DNA of 32,000 nt, from assembly GCA_000175855.1 (NCBI GenBank), contig ACYB01000047.1, positions 1 through 32,000 on the forward strand, written 5' to 3'. The translations under genes were made by a program, and so were the position numbers. Position 1 is the stretch's first letter, and each line of letters starts with the position of its first letter. A model generated the notes under the pieces. It did not search any database. It was not told where the DNA came from and saw only the letters and a program-made list of their open reading frames with translations. Of this stretch, positions 18,484-30,823 are shown one piece after another. The stretch is from Raphidiopsis brookii D9 (GTDB taxonomy: Bacteria > Cyanobacteriota > Cyanobacteriia > Cyanobacteriales > Nostocaceae).

Positions 18484-19767
18484 GTGAATAAGACCAACTC
18501 AGAAATTCTCAAATCTGTTGACCCTACTATTAGTAATTTAATCAACCAAGAACTACAACGGCAAAGAGATCACTTAGAATTGATTGCTAGTGAAAATTTT
18601 ACCTCCGCTGCTGTTTTGGCTGCGCAGGGTTCTGTGCTAACTAATAAATACGCAGAAGGTTTACCTAGTAAAAGATATTATGGCGGTTGCGAATTTGTCG
18701 ATGCAATTGAACAAGTAGCTATTGACAGAGCTAAAGAATTATTTGGTGCTGCCCATGCTAACGTACAACCCCACTCCGGTGCTCAAGCAAACTTTGCTGT
18801 ATTCCTCACCTTGTTGCAACCAGGAGACACCATTATGGGCATGGATTTGTCCCATGGTGGACACCTAACCCACGGATCACCAGTTAATGTTTCTGGTAAA
18901 TGGTTTAAAGTATGTCACTATGGAGTCAGTAAGGAAACAGGAAAGTTAGATTATGACCAAATTCGTGACTTAGTAATTAAAGAACGTCCTAAACTGCTCA
19001 TTTGTGGTTATTCCGCCTATCCTAGAATTATTGACTTTGAAAAATTCCGTAGCATAGCGGATGAGGTAGGAGCATATTTACTGGCAGATATAGCCCACAT
19101 AGCAGGTTTGGTTGCCACAGGTCATCATCCCAATCCCCTTCCCTACTGTGATGTAGTCACAACAACTACCCATAAAACTCTACGGGGTCCCAGGGGAGGT
19201 TTGATTTTAACCCGGGATGGGGAACTAGGTAAAAAGCTGGATAAGTCGGTTTTCCCTGGCACTCAAGGTGGCCCCCTAGAACATGTGATTGCTGGTAAGG
19301 CGGTGGCCTTTGGAGAAGCATTAAAATCCGAGTTCAAAACCTATTCCGGTCAAGTAATTGCTAATGCTCGTGCCCTGGCTAATCAACTGCAAAGTAGGGG
19401 ACTAAAATTGGTGTCTAACGGTACAGATAATCATCTTGTACTAGTAGATTTACGATCTATTGGCATGACAGGTAAAAAGGCAGACCAGTTATTGAGTGGT
19501 GTTAATATCACAGCTAATAAAAATACAGTTCCCTTCGACTCAGAGTCACCATTTGTTACCAGTGGTTTGAGATTGGGTTCCCCAGCTATGACCACGAGAG
19601 GTCTAAATGTAGTAGACTTTACTGAAATTGCAAACATAATTAGCGATCGCCTGCTTGATCCAGAGTCCCAGAGAGTTGAGAGGGATTGCAAACAGCGGGT
19701 AGCCGCACTATGTGATCGCTTTCCCTTGTATCCGCACCTAGAAGTGCCCAGTGCTGCGCTAGTGTAG
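18484..19767 (+). CDS. glyA: Serine hydroxymethyltransferase
   Basis: 427-aa ORF with a GTG start. Typical SHMT motifs are present ([37 protein letters not shown]). Confidence 0.95.
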   Translation: MNKTNSEILKSVDPTISNLINQELQRQRDHLELIASENFTSAAVLAAQGSVLTNKYAEGLPSKRYYGGCEFVDAIEQVAIDRAKELFGAAHANVQPHSGAQANFAVFLTLLQPGDTIMGMDLSHGGHLTHGSPVNVSGKWFKVCHYGVSKETGKLDYDQIRDLVIKERPKLLICGYSAYPRIIDFEKFRSIADEVGAYLLADIAHIAGLVATGHHPNPLPYCDVVTTTTHKTLRGPRGGLILTRDGELGKKLDKSVFPGTQGGPLEHVIAGKAVAFGEALKSEFKTYSGQVIANARALANQLQSRGLKLVSNGTDNHLVLVDLRSIGMTGKKADQLLSGVNITANKNTVPFDSESPFVTSGLRLGSPAMTTRGLNVVDFTEIANIISDRLLDPESQRVERDCKQRVAALCDRFPLYPHLEVPSAALV

Positions 19768-19773
19768 TAATAT

Positions 19774-19799
19774 TGAGGGCATAAGTGGTTATGCCCTCA
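19774..19799 (+). terminator. Hairpin immediately after the glyA stop
   Basis: TGAGGGCAT (19774-19782) and ATGCCCTCA (19791-19799) form a perfect 9-bp stem with an 8-nt loop, 7 nt after the stop. No U-tract follows. Confidence 0.4.
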
Positions 19800-19890
19800 G
19801 TACTAGACCAACTGAAAACACACTTTTTTAGGACTTGTGTAAACGGTCGATTAATATTCTTATATTCCCAATATTCCCATATCCCCAAAC

Positions 19891-21140
19891 ATGAGCGCGG
19901 AAATTATTTGTGTTGGTACAGAATTACTGTTAGGAGATATCCTCAACAGTAATGCCCAATTTATTGCCCAGGAATTGGCACAGCTAGGTGTTCCCCACTA
20001 CTATCAAACAGTAGTGGGAGATAACCCGGAAAGACTTAAAAGAGTAATTGAAATTGCTGCTTCCAGGGTAGAAATTCTAATTTTTACTGGTGGACTAGGT
20101 CCCACACCAGATGATTTAACCTGTGAGACCATAGCTGATTACTTTGGTGTTCCCCTGATTGAAGACCCGGAAATAATTGAGGATATTAGGGAGAAATTCA
20201 GCCAAAGAGGAAGAGTAATGTCTCCCAGTAACCGTAAACAGGCCTTAATTCCCCAAGGGGCCAAGGTTTTACCCAACCTCACGGGAACTGCACCAGGTAT
20301 AATTTGGCAGCCTAGATCAAACTTGACGATTTTAACCTTTCCAGGTGTTCCCAGCGAAATGCACCAAATGTGGCAAGATACAGCAGTACCTTTCCTCAAA
20401 AGTCAAGGTTGGGGAAAGGAAATTATCTATAGTCGCAGTTTAAAATTCTGGGGTGTGGGTGAATCAGTACTTGCGGAGAAAGTTTCTGATTACCTGAGTT
20501 TATCTAACCCCACGGTTGCCCCTTATGCGGGTAAGGGAGAAGTGAGACTGAGAATTTGTGCCAAAGCACCGGATACTGTGTCCGCACAAGAGCTAATTGC
20601 TCCCGTAGAAAAGAAGCTTAGAGAAATTGGTGGATTGGACTATTATGGCGTTGATGGGGAAACATTAGCATCTGTTGTTGGTAACTTACTCCGTCTTTCG
20701 GGAACAAGTTTATCAGTAGCTGAGTCCTGTACTGGTGGAGGGGTCGGACAAATGCTGACGGAAATTCCCGGTAGTTCGGATTACTTTTGGGGGGGAGTGA
20801 TTGCCTATGATAATTCGGTAAAAGTGAGATTATTGGGAGTTGATCCTGGCGATTTAGACCAATTTGGTGCTGTGAGTCCTGTGGTTGCCCAAAAAATGGC
20901 TATTGGTGTGAAAATAGTTTAGGAACTACCTGGGGGTTAAGTATTACAGGTATTGCTGGACCAACTGGGGGTAGTGAGACCAAACCTATAGGTTTGGTGT
21001 ATATTGGCCTTTCAGGTCCTAATCATCAGGTATATAGCTACGAGTGTAGATTCGGAACCATGAGGTCTCGTACTCTAGTCCGTTACCTAGCTGCTGCTAA
21101 TGCTTTGGACTATCTCCGTCGTTTGCTTTTGACTGTGTAA
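19891..21140 (+). pseudogene. cinA: CinA-family competence/damage-inducible protein (nicotinamide-nucleotide amidohydrolase type), interrupted by a 1-nt frameshift that may be an assembly artefact
   Basis: The 343-aa ORF (MoCF-biosynthesis-like N-domain plus the start of the CinA C-domain) stops at 20920-20922. The remaining 69 codons of the C-domain (WGLSITGIAGPTGGSETKPIGLVYIGL...) continue to 21140 in the frame reached by a -1 shift at the A4 run 20911-20914. Adding one A restores ...GVKNSLGTTWGLS... and a 416-aa protein. Confidence 0.85.
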
Positions 21141-21443
21141 ACTCTTGCTTTAATCGGACAGCCTTGTATTATATACTACGATCAGTCCACTAGGTTTATT
21201 TTTTTAAGGTGAAAATAAATATTGCATGATTTGTGTTGTCCTCAAACAGTTCTTATTACACACCCGATTAAACTTATGAAGTTGATTGCTATACAAAATG
21301 TGGAAGGTTTTGATATCACTGGTGTGTTATCCTAATTATTTTATGAACACCCACGGTTGGCAAATACAAACAGAAAACTCGGTAGTTTTTATGTAAAAAC
21401 TACCATAAGTTTATCTGACTGTAATCTTTTTGTATCAAATTGA

Positions 21444-21884
21444 TTGAGCGAGGACCAAGTGCAAAGAAGGTGTGATAGGAATCGGAACCGTTCCAGAAGA
21501 AGGGCTATATACTGTCCTGTTCATGATTGTTACCTTGACAGCGTCAGTCAAAAATATAGACTTTTTGCGGATCAACCAGGTCAGTTACAAAAAAGAGGTT
21601 TTGGTCGTCGTACTGCTTCTTTAGTCATATCTCAATACACAGCAGTAACTATTCAAGGAGAGTGGTTAGAGGCATTTTGGTGTCCGGAGTGTGAAGAAAA
21701 AAAATGGTATTACGTCCGTCAGTCTAATAATGGTATATATGAAATTTCTTTAGCTCCTATGGACTTGTGGAAGCAGGTATCAGGTGTAATTGATCCCTAT
21801 GGAAATCCATCTGTTAGTGAATTTACTCGATTAAGTGCTAAACAAACAAACTACAGGGGTATTAGTGCTTTCTATTCTCTCTAA
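21444..21884 (+). CDS. Hypothetical basic protein with two Cys pairs (putative zinc ribbon)
   Basis: 146-codon ORF that opens directly after a TGA. There is no ATG start; the candidates are TTG 21444 or GTG 21459, the latter 4 nt after GAGGA. Features are an Arg-rich N-terminus (RRCDRNRNRSRRR), CPVHDC and CPEC. Confidence 0.6.
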   Translation: MSEDQVQRRCDRNRNRSRRRAIYCPVHDCYLDSVSQKYRLFADQPGQLQKRGFGRRTASLVISQYTAVTIQGEWLEAFWCPECEEKKWYYVRQSNNGIYEISLAPMDLWKQVSGVIDPYGNPSVSEFTRLSAKQTNYRGISAFYSL

Positions 21885-21962
21885 AACTCAGAGATTAATC
21901 CAGTTTTTTGATTGAACCACTGGATCTAAAGTCAAAACTCTGTTATTATGATCTTTCAGTTG

Positions 21963-22034
21963 GGGTGACTAGCTCAACGGTAGAGCATCGGACTCTTAAT
22001 CCGCTGGTTCTGAGTTCGAATCTCAGGTCACCCA
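21963..22034 (+). tRNA. tRNA-Lys (anticodon CUU)
   Basis: Hand-folded 72-nt cloverleaf. The acceptor is GGGTGAC/GTCACCC, the D arm GCTC-AACGGTA-GAGC, and the anticodon arm TCGGA-CTCTTAA-TCCGC (anticodon CTT at 21995-21997). The variable loop is TGGTT, the T arm CTGAG-TTCGAAT-CTCAG, and the discriminator A. CCA is not encoded. Confidence 0.9.
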
Positions 22035-22200
22035 CTGAATAGATATGATTGCCATATATTACCTCAACTGGATCTAATAGTCCGGATGTAATTCCTAAAT
22101 ATGAAATCTACTATGTTGGTAAATGGTGAGTTGAGTCGCTATTTTTAGATAGTGTTCCAATCAGCATTATTTAAGTCAAGCAAATTTTGGAGAAAATCGG

Positions 22201-22437
22201 ATGTTAAACTTCAAAGCTATGGTGGATGAACTATTGACTCCTATCGAAACTGAAGCTGCTGCTAATATAAATGGAGGCGATGAAATGATTGATAAAACCG
22301 TTGAAGAAGGCGCGGTATTGTTCAATCGTAATAGATATTTGCAAGCGTTGGGGGTAGCTTATTTAGCACCTCCAGGAATTGGTGAAATAACCAATAAAGA
22401 AGCCTTGTTAGCACAGTACGAAGGTTGGAGAAGCTAG
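22201..22437 (+). CDS. Small peptide with a double-glycine-type leader-like N-terminus (candidate exported peptide or bacteriocin-like precursor)
   Basis: 78-aa ORF with GGAG 9 nt upstream of the ATG. The N-terminal 26 aa end in ...ELLTPIETEAAANINGG, with hydrophobic residues at -4, -7, -12 and -15 relative to the GG, as in double-glycine leaders. The 52-aa remainder has no Cys. Confidence 0.5.
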   Translation: MLNFKAMVDELLTPIETEAAANINGGDEMIDKTVEEGAVLFNRNRYLQALGVAYLAPPGIGEITNKEALLAQYEGWRS

Positions 22438-22532
22438 TAAATTAGAATCTTCGCCTTGTTGAGTCCTAGGTTTTTCATTCCTAACTTGATAGTTAACATT
22501 CATACTGCTCTTAATCCAATTGCTTAACTCAC

Positions 22533-22566
22533 AGACCCTGAAATTGCAGAAGCGTTTCCAGGGTCT
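22533..22566. terminator. Hairpin between the convergent small-peptide ORF and the GH3 gene
   Basis: AGACCCTG (22533-22540) and CAGGGTCT (22559-22566) form a perfect 8-bp stem, extendable by AAA/TTT across a one-base bulge. ATTTATTT follows on the plus strand. Confidence 0.4.
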
Positions 22567-22584
22567 ATTTATTTAGATACTTAT

Positions 22585-23673
22585 TCAAATAATATCAAAA
22601 CAACAGTTGATAGCAAGTTCTGCATGATCAACTAATATCTGTTTTTCTAGGGGAAAAACCTCATATTGGGGAGTTTTAGTTAACAGTTGGGCAATTCTGT
22701 TATGGGAGTTTTCTATCACCGATGGACTTAGAGAACCATTGTGCAAACAAGCAATGAAGTTTTCAGCTATTTTATAGGTTTTTTCAATGGATGAAGAGCT
22801 TATATTGCGAGAAACTAAAAATAAATCACACCCAGCATTAAAAGCACGTGCTACTGTTTCAGGATAAACAAACATATCTGCAACTGCTTTCATGTCTAGG
22901 TCATCGGAAACCACTACCCCAGAAAAATTTAGTTCCTGTCTTAAAATCTGATGAAGAATAGTAGTTGATATTGTAGCTGGAAGATCCGAGTCAATTCGTG
23001 GAAACAGTATGTGTGCTGTCATCATCAGTGGTATTTGTTCCTGAATAAGAATTTCAAAAGGTATTAACTCTCGATTCTTTAAATCTTCTAAACTCAAATT
23101 CAAGACTGGTAACTCCAGATGAGAGTCTTGACTAGTATCTCCATGACCGGGAAAGTGTTTAGCACAACCAAGAATACCCGATTCCTTCAGTCCACGGTAG
23201 TACTCTCTAGCGTTTTGACCAGCTAGTTTAGCTGTTTCACCAAAAGCACGTAAACCAATAACAGGGTTTTGAGGATTAGAAAAAATATCCGCCACGGGAG
23301 CAAAAGAAAGGTTGATCCCTAAAGATCTTAATTCCAATCCAGTTGCTTTTCCTACTTGATATGCTCGAGATCTAAGTAAATGAGCAACAGGGAACCGTGT
23401 GATGGGTAATGGTGTTCTAATAACCTTTCCACCCTCATGGTCTAGTCCAGTAAACAGTAATTCTCGCTCAATATATTCACGAATACTACGAAGTAGTTTA
23501 TTAAACTCCTCTAACCAAATGGGATAGGGTGTACCATCGAGAAAGTTTTTGGCGAAAAAAATCACACCAACGGGTTTTAAATCGCTTAGTACCCGTTTGT
23601 CATCATCCGTGAGAGTTGTACCAGAGACTCCGAGAATTAAATGATTACCAAATTGCTGTAGATATTGAGACAT
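22585..23673 (-). CDS. nagZ: Glycoside hydrolase family 3 beta-N-acetylhexosaminidase (NagZ-like)
   Basis: 362-aa ORF with GH3 N-terminal domain motifs (DHEGG.V.R, KHFPGHGDTS.DSH..LP, VVSDDLDM). Confidence 0.85.
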   Translation of the reverse strand: MSQYLQQFGNHLILGVSGTTLTDDDKRVLSDLKPVGVIFFAKNFLDGTPYPIWLEEFNKLLRSIREYIERELLFTGLDHEGGKVIRTPLPITRFPVAHLLRSRAYQVGKATGLELRSLGINLSFAPVADIFSNPQNPVIGLRAFGETAKLAGQNAREYYRGLKESGILGCAKHFPGHGDTSQDSHLELPVLNLSLEDLKNRELIPFEILIQEQIPLMMTAHILFPRIDSDLPATISTTILHQILRQELNFSGVVVSDDLDMKAVADMFVYPETVARAFNAGCDLFLVSRNISSSSIEKTYKIAENFIACLHNGSLSPSVIENSHNRIAQLLTKTPQYEVFPLEKQILVDHAELAINCCFDII

Positions 23674-23795
23674 GGATTGCTAAAAGCATGGGGATGCAAC
23701 GGGACTTTTTCCCCAAGCCAGGTTAAATGTAACAGAATGCAAAGTATAATGAAAACGTCAAAACAATTAAGAAATATTGAAAACAGTAGGGTTAA

Positions 23796-26160
<2,365 letters not shown>

Positions 26161-26255
26161 CATTTACTAAGAATTGGAATGGGACAAGTATGACAGAGTA
26201 ACTTCCTGTTAAACCGATTGCATGCCCATTCCCTAATTTGCTGGTTTAAGGTGAT

Positions 26256-28596
26256 TTAGTTTATTTTTTGCAGTTGTGCTACCTTGGGGTCGATAATTTT
26301 TTGACCCAAACTAGTAAATTTAATTGCCAGGGATATTTTGTCATCACTGGCAAAAACATGAGTAATTACGCCTTTGCCAAAAGCTTTGTGCAGTACCTGT
26401 TCGCCAACACGCCAGTTGTTAGTTTCTCCAGGAGTTTCTGGCATGATTGTTGTGGATTTAGTAGACCTAGCAGCATGGATTTTTGACTTAGTGGTTAATA
26501 GGTCCTGGGGTAGTTCTCCCAGAAATTGTGATGGTAATGCTGGTTCTCTAGAGCCATACAACCTTCTTTCTCTGGCATGGGATAGGTACAATCGCTCTTG
26601 GGTACGAGTGATTCCCACATAACATAATCTTCTTTCTTCTTCTAAAGCTTTAGGATCTTGTAGAGAACGATAACCGGGAAATAGTCCCTGCTCTAAACCA
26701 ACTAAAAACACTATGGGGAACTCCAACCCTTTAGAAGCGTGCAAGGTCATCAGAGAAACCGCATCCCTGGATTCGCTTAAATTGTCTAAGTCTGAACTTA
26801 GTGCCGCACTTTGCAAAAATGCTTGTAAAGAAATATCATTTCCCCTATTTTCGTCTTGGAACTGGGATACAGCATTATATAGTTCCTTAACATTGCTGAT
26901 TCTATTATCAGCTTCATCTGTTCCCTGGTCCATTAAATCCCGGAGGTACCCAGAATCTTCCAGAATTCCTTCCAAGACTTCTGATGCGGGAACTTGAGTG
27001 GTTTTTTCCTGCCATTTTTTCATTATGCTAGTAAAACCAGTTACAGATTTCGCTGCACGTCCGGTCAAGGTGTTTACAGAAGTTTCATCACTCAATATCT
27101 CCCATAGGGTAGTACCCAATTGTTGGGAAGCGTTAATTAAAGCGTCCACGGTAGATTTGCCGATGCCTCGTCGAGGAGTGTTAATGACCCTTAATAAACT
27201 TACCGTATCTGCAGGATTATTAATTGCTCTTAAATAGGAAATAACATCTTTGATTTCCTTCCGGTCATAAAACTTCATGCCTCCCACCACAGTGTAGTGG
27301 ATTTGATATTTTACCAGCAGTTCCTCAAAGGGTCGAGACTGGGCATTAGTGCGATAGAGAATGGCAAAACTTCCCCAAGTAATATCAGGGTTATTAGTTG
27401 TTAAATTCCGAATTTGATTGATAACAAAAATCTGCTTCAGCGACTTCATCATCGGCTTTATGAAAATAAATAGACTCGCCCACATCTCGCGTAGGTTTGA
27501 GAATTTTATCAATGCGTTCGGTATTATTTTCAATCAGTTCATTGGCAGCTTGCAGAATATTTTCACAGGAGCGATAGTTTTCCTCTAGTTTCACCATAGT
27601 CCTGGTGTCATCATCATCTAAACCATCTCCAAAATCCTGCTGAAACTCCAATAGAATGGTAAAATCAGCCATCCTAAAACTATAAATTGACTGGTCCGCA
27701 TCACCAACTACAAACACCGAACGATTGTCCCAATTCCATTGGTTTTTGCGACATTCACCATTCGTAACTAATAAACGCAGTAGTTCATATTGAGTCCGAT
27801 TGGTATCCTGATATTCATCTACTAGAATATGACGGAACTTGTTATGCCAATAGGCCAAAACCTGCTCATTTTGACCAAATAGTCTAGTGGGAACTAGAAT
27901 TAGGTCATCAAAATCCAAACTGTTATTGACCGCTAGTTGATCTTGATAAAGGTTATAAACTTCGCCAATTACTCGACCACGATAATTAGGTTGTTGCTCT
28001 TCAAATTCTCGTGGTGATAAACCTTGGTTTTTAGCATTACTAATGGCATACCTAACGGATTTAGGGTCGAACTTTTTACTGTCTAGGTTAAGTTGTTTGG
28101 TGACAATTTCTTTAATTAAAGTTTGTACATCAGATTCATCGAAGATAGAAAAGTTCTTCTGCCAGTGTCGGCCTTTTTCGTCTTGATATTTTTCAACATC
28201 AAACCTCAAAATCCGGGAAAACAAACTATGGAAGGTTCCACACCAGATGTTTTTAATGTAGGTACGGTAAACACTGGATATGACCTCAGTTTGTTGTTGT
28301 GCGGGCAATAAATCTAATTTCTGACCATATTGATTTATGGCAAATTGATCCGCGAATAATCTTTGGATCCGGTCTTTCATTTCCCTTGCAGCTTTATTGG
28401 TGAAAGTTACTGCTAAAATGTTCTCGGGATGCACACGGTTTTGTAAAATTAGATTAGCAATCCGATAGGTTAGGGCGCGGGTTTTACCCGAACCTGCACC
28501 AGCAACAACTAGTAAGGGACCGCAATAATGCTCAACTGCTATACGCTGGCTAAAGTTGAGCTGACTAGTAAAGTCATTATTCGTGTTCATAGGCAT
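26256..28596 (-). pseudogene. pcrA: UvrD/PcrA-family ATP-dependent DNA helicase split by a 1-nt frameshift that may be an assembly artefact
   Basis: The 400-aa N-terminal ORF (27394-28596; AGAGSGKT, DEYQDTN) and the 425-aa C-terminal ORF (26256-27533; SLMTLHASKGLEF, CYVGITR) overlap in different frames. The two true sequences join at GAT TTT (T) GTT ATC, where a T5 run in mRNA sense (plus-strand A run 27426-27430) carries one extra base. Removing it gives ...DEVAEADFVINQIRNL... and a 779-aa protein. Confidence 0.9.
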
Positions 28597-28856
28597 ATTT
28601 GTTAGTTTACTAAGAATTAAGTTTTACTAGTTAGACAAGTCTAATTTTATTCAAAATCTTGTATTTAAGTCCAGTTAAGTAATTTTAGGAAAGTTACTGT
28701 ACAAGGCTTATTGTTTTAATACTAGTCCAGATGCAAAAAACATAACTATGTTTAACCGTTACCTTGGAAATAATTATGAGTAGATCTTAATTCATTGCCT
28801 AATCAACGATATTGTTGTCATAATTATACGAATTAGCAAACCCAAATTTGTAAGTT

Positions 28857-29294
28857 ATGGAAGTCGAAATGCAAGAATCACAATACACAGAAACTAAAAC
28901 CAAGGAAACTCCCATTCCAGATCTTAGTACCCAAACAGGGAGCATAACTAAACTCCAATCCCCGCCTAAATCCCAGGAACAATGGCTTAAATACGGTCAA
29001 GAGGTTTCTAACTTTTTAGGGACGCTGCCAGAATATTTAGTTGGGTTATTTGATAAGTATAAACAACCACTTCTTACCCTGGGATTAATTGTTACTGCTG
29101 GAGTAACTGTTAAGGTGATACTGGCTGTGCTAGATTCTTTAAATGATATTCCTTTAGTAGCGCCCACTTTTGAGCTAATTGGCATTGGCTACTCTGGTTG
29201 GTTTGTGTATCGCTATTTACTCAAAGCTTCTACCAGAGAGGAACTCACAAGTGAAATTGACACTTTAAAATCACAAGTTTTTGGGCAAGACTAA
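28857..29294 (+). CDS. curT: CAAD-domain thylakoid membrane protein (CurT/CURT1-like)
   Basis: 145-aa ORF. It has two adjacent hydrophobic helices followed by an amphipathic C-terminus (PLLTLGLIV.....VKV..A.L...N.IPL..PTFELIG.GYS.WFVYRYLLKA..R.EL), matching the CAAD/CurT pattern as I remember it. Confidence 0.75.
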   Translation: MEVEMQESQYTETKTKETPIPDLSTQTGSITKLQSPPKSQEQWLKYGQEVSNFLGTLPEYLVGLFDKYKQPLLTLGLIVTAGVTVKVILAVLDSLNDIPLVAPTFELIGIGYSGWFVYRYLLKASTREELTSEIDTLKSQVFGQD

Positions 29295-29335
29295 CCATTA
29301 GAAAACGCAAAAGCCCATATAGCATTAGTTGGGTA

Positions 29336-29379
29336 TGTAGGAGTGGTATATGAGCTTATCAGTAAGCACCACTTCTACA
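29336..29379. terminator. Long hairpin between the convergent curT-like and hom genes
   Basis: TGTAGGAGTGGT (29336-29347) pairs with ACCACTTCTACA (29368-29379) over 12 bp, including one G-U pair. An inner GCTTA/TAAGC helix caps it with a TCAG tetraloop. Confidence 0.4.
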
Positions 29380-29436
29380 TAATGGATATTTAGTCCCTAA
29401 GTTTAGTCGGTTTAATATAGATTTTTAAAACCTAGG

Positions 29437-30726
29437 TTAAAGCACCCGTAAAATGCTAGGAATGCTATCTATGGCTTCCATGGTGTGGATTTCGTCTAGG
29501 GATTGTCTGAAATCACCTTCTTTGACATGGTGGGTAACAACAACAATTTCTGCCATTCCCCCCTGAAAACCAGTTTGCACCACAGATTCTAAACTTACTT
29601 CATATTTACCAAAGCAAGTCCCCAATTTACCAATCACCCCTGGGTGGTCTTTAGTCAGAAATCGAGCATAGAACCGGGTAACTAGTTGGGATATGGGGGC
29701 TATGTGACAGTATTCCTTATGTCTACAGGATAAGAGTGGATTAGCTTGCGCAGTATTAGTCTTGATTGTTGCTACTAGATTTAAGATATCTGAACAAACT
29801 GCACTCCCCGTAGGACCAGCACCAGCTCCCGGTCCGAAAAACATCACTTGACCTATAGGTTCCCCCTCTACTAGAATGGCATTGTAAACACCATTGATAC
29901 TAGCTAGAGGGTGGGTTTGAGAAACTAGGGTGGGGTGAACTCTCACTGACAGCGAGGATTTGTCACCTGTTTGATTTTTGGCAATGGCTAGCAGTTTAAT
30001 CACAAATCCTAATTTGCCAGCGTAGGTAATGTCTGTTTTCGTGACTTGACGAATCCCTTCACAATAAACATCTTGTAAGTTAATCCTCTCCCCAAACCCC
30101 AATGAGGCTAGAATAGCAATCTTATCCCCAGCGTCTAAACCATCAATATCAGCAGTGGGATCCGCTTCCGCATATCCCAGTCTTTGTGCATCAGCTAGTA
30201 CTTCTTCTAGTTCACTCCCTTCCGTCTGCATCCTCGTGAGAATGTAATTGGTAGTGCCATTCACAATACCAATAATACTATAAACCTTATTGACACTTAA
30301 AGACTGCTTTAAGGTTTTAATGACAGGAATGCCACCAGCTACGGCAGCTTCAAACATAACATATACACCAGCAGCATTGGCAGCAGTAAATATTTCTTCT
30401 CCAAATCGTGAAATTACAGCCTTGTTCGCTGTTACTACGTGTTTACCATTTCTAATAGCCTCCAGAATGAGCGATCGCGCAGGTTCCAATCCACCCATCA
30501 GCTCAACAATGATATCTATCTGAGGGTCATTGACAATAGCTGATAAATCCCCACTGAGGATTTCTGGGGGTAAGGTCACTGGGCGTGATTTGTCTGGCGA
30601 TCGCACACCTATGCGACATATTTCCACTTCCTGTAACAGTGGGTGACGACCTTGCAAGTCCTGTAACAGTTGTACAGTTCCCGTTCCCACCGTACCCAAT
30701 CCTAAGATTCCTAATTTTACGCCCAC
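29437..30726 (-). CDS. hom: Homoserine dehydrogenase
   Basis: 429-aa ORF with an N-terminal NAD(P) fold (LGILGLGTVGTG), a catalytic domain (ANK......G.E, GI.NGT.N.IL..M) and a C-terminal ACT domain. Confidence 0.93.
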   Translation of the reverse strand: MGVKLGILGLGTVGTGTVQLLQDLQGRHPLLQEVEICRIGVRSPDKSRPVTLPPEILSGDLSAIVNDPQIDIIVELMGGLEPARSLILEAIRNGKHVVTANKAVISRFGEEIFTAANAAGVYVMFEAAVAGGIPVIKTLKQSLSVNKVYSIIGIVNGTTNYILTRMQTEGSELEEVLADAQRLGYAEADPTADIDGLDAGDKIAILASLGFGERINLQDVYCEGIRQVTKTDITYAGKLGFVIKLLAIAKNQTGDKSSLSVRVHPTLVSQTHPLASINGVYNAILVEGEPIGQVMFFGPGAGAGPTGSAVCSDILNLVATIKTNTAQANPLLSCRHKEYCHIAPISQLVTRFYARFLTKDHPGVIGKLGTCFGKYEVSLESVVQTGFQGGMAEIVVVTHHVKEGDFRQSLDEIHTMEAIDSIPSILRVL

Positions 30727-30766
30727 GGATTTGGCATCCTACTACATACAAAACACCATAAAACAA

Positions 30767-30795
30767 TTGTAGGTGGGATGGAACTCCACCTACAA
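30767..30795 (-). terminator. Probable rho-independent terminator of petH
   Basis: TTGTAGGTGG (30767-30776) and CCACCTACAA (30786-30795) form a perfect 10-bp stem with a 9-nt loop. On the minus strand a T-rich tract follows (TTGTTTTATGGTGTTTTG). The hairpin lies about 30-40 nt after the petH stop. Confidence 0.6.
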
Positions 30796-30823
30796 ACTTG
30801 CACACAAAAATTGGGAAACAAGG

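Noticed and set aside
20908-20922. Programmed -1 ribosomal frameshifting in cinA.
   Set aside because: GUG AAA AUA is not an X XXY YYZ slippery heptamer, and no obvious downstream stimulatory structure was seen. The other three indels of the same homopolymer type in this window make a simple length error the more economical explanation.
21963-22584. A possible genomic islet integrated at tRNA-Lys, since the small peptide ORF lies directly downstream.
   Set aside because: Only about 550 bp separate the tRNA from the next conserved gene. There is no integrase, and I could not find a downstream direct repeat of the tRNA 3' end.
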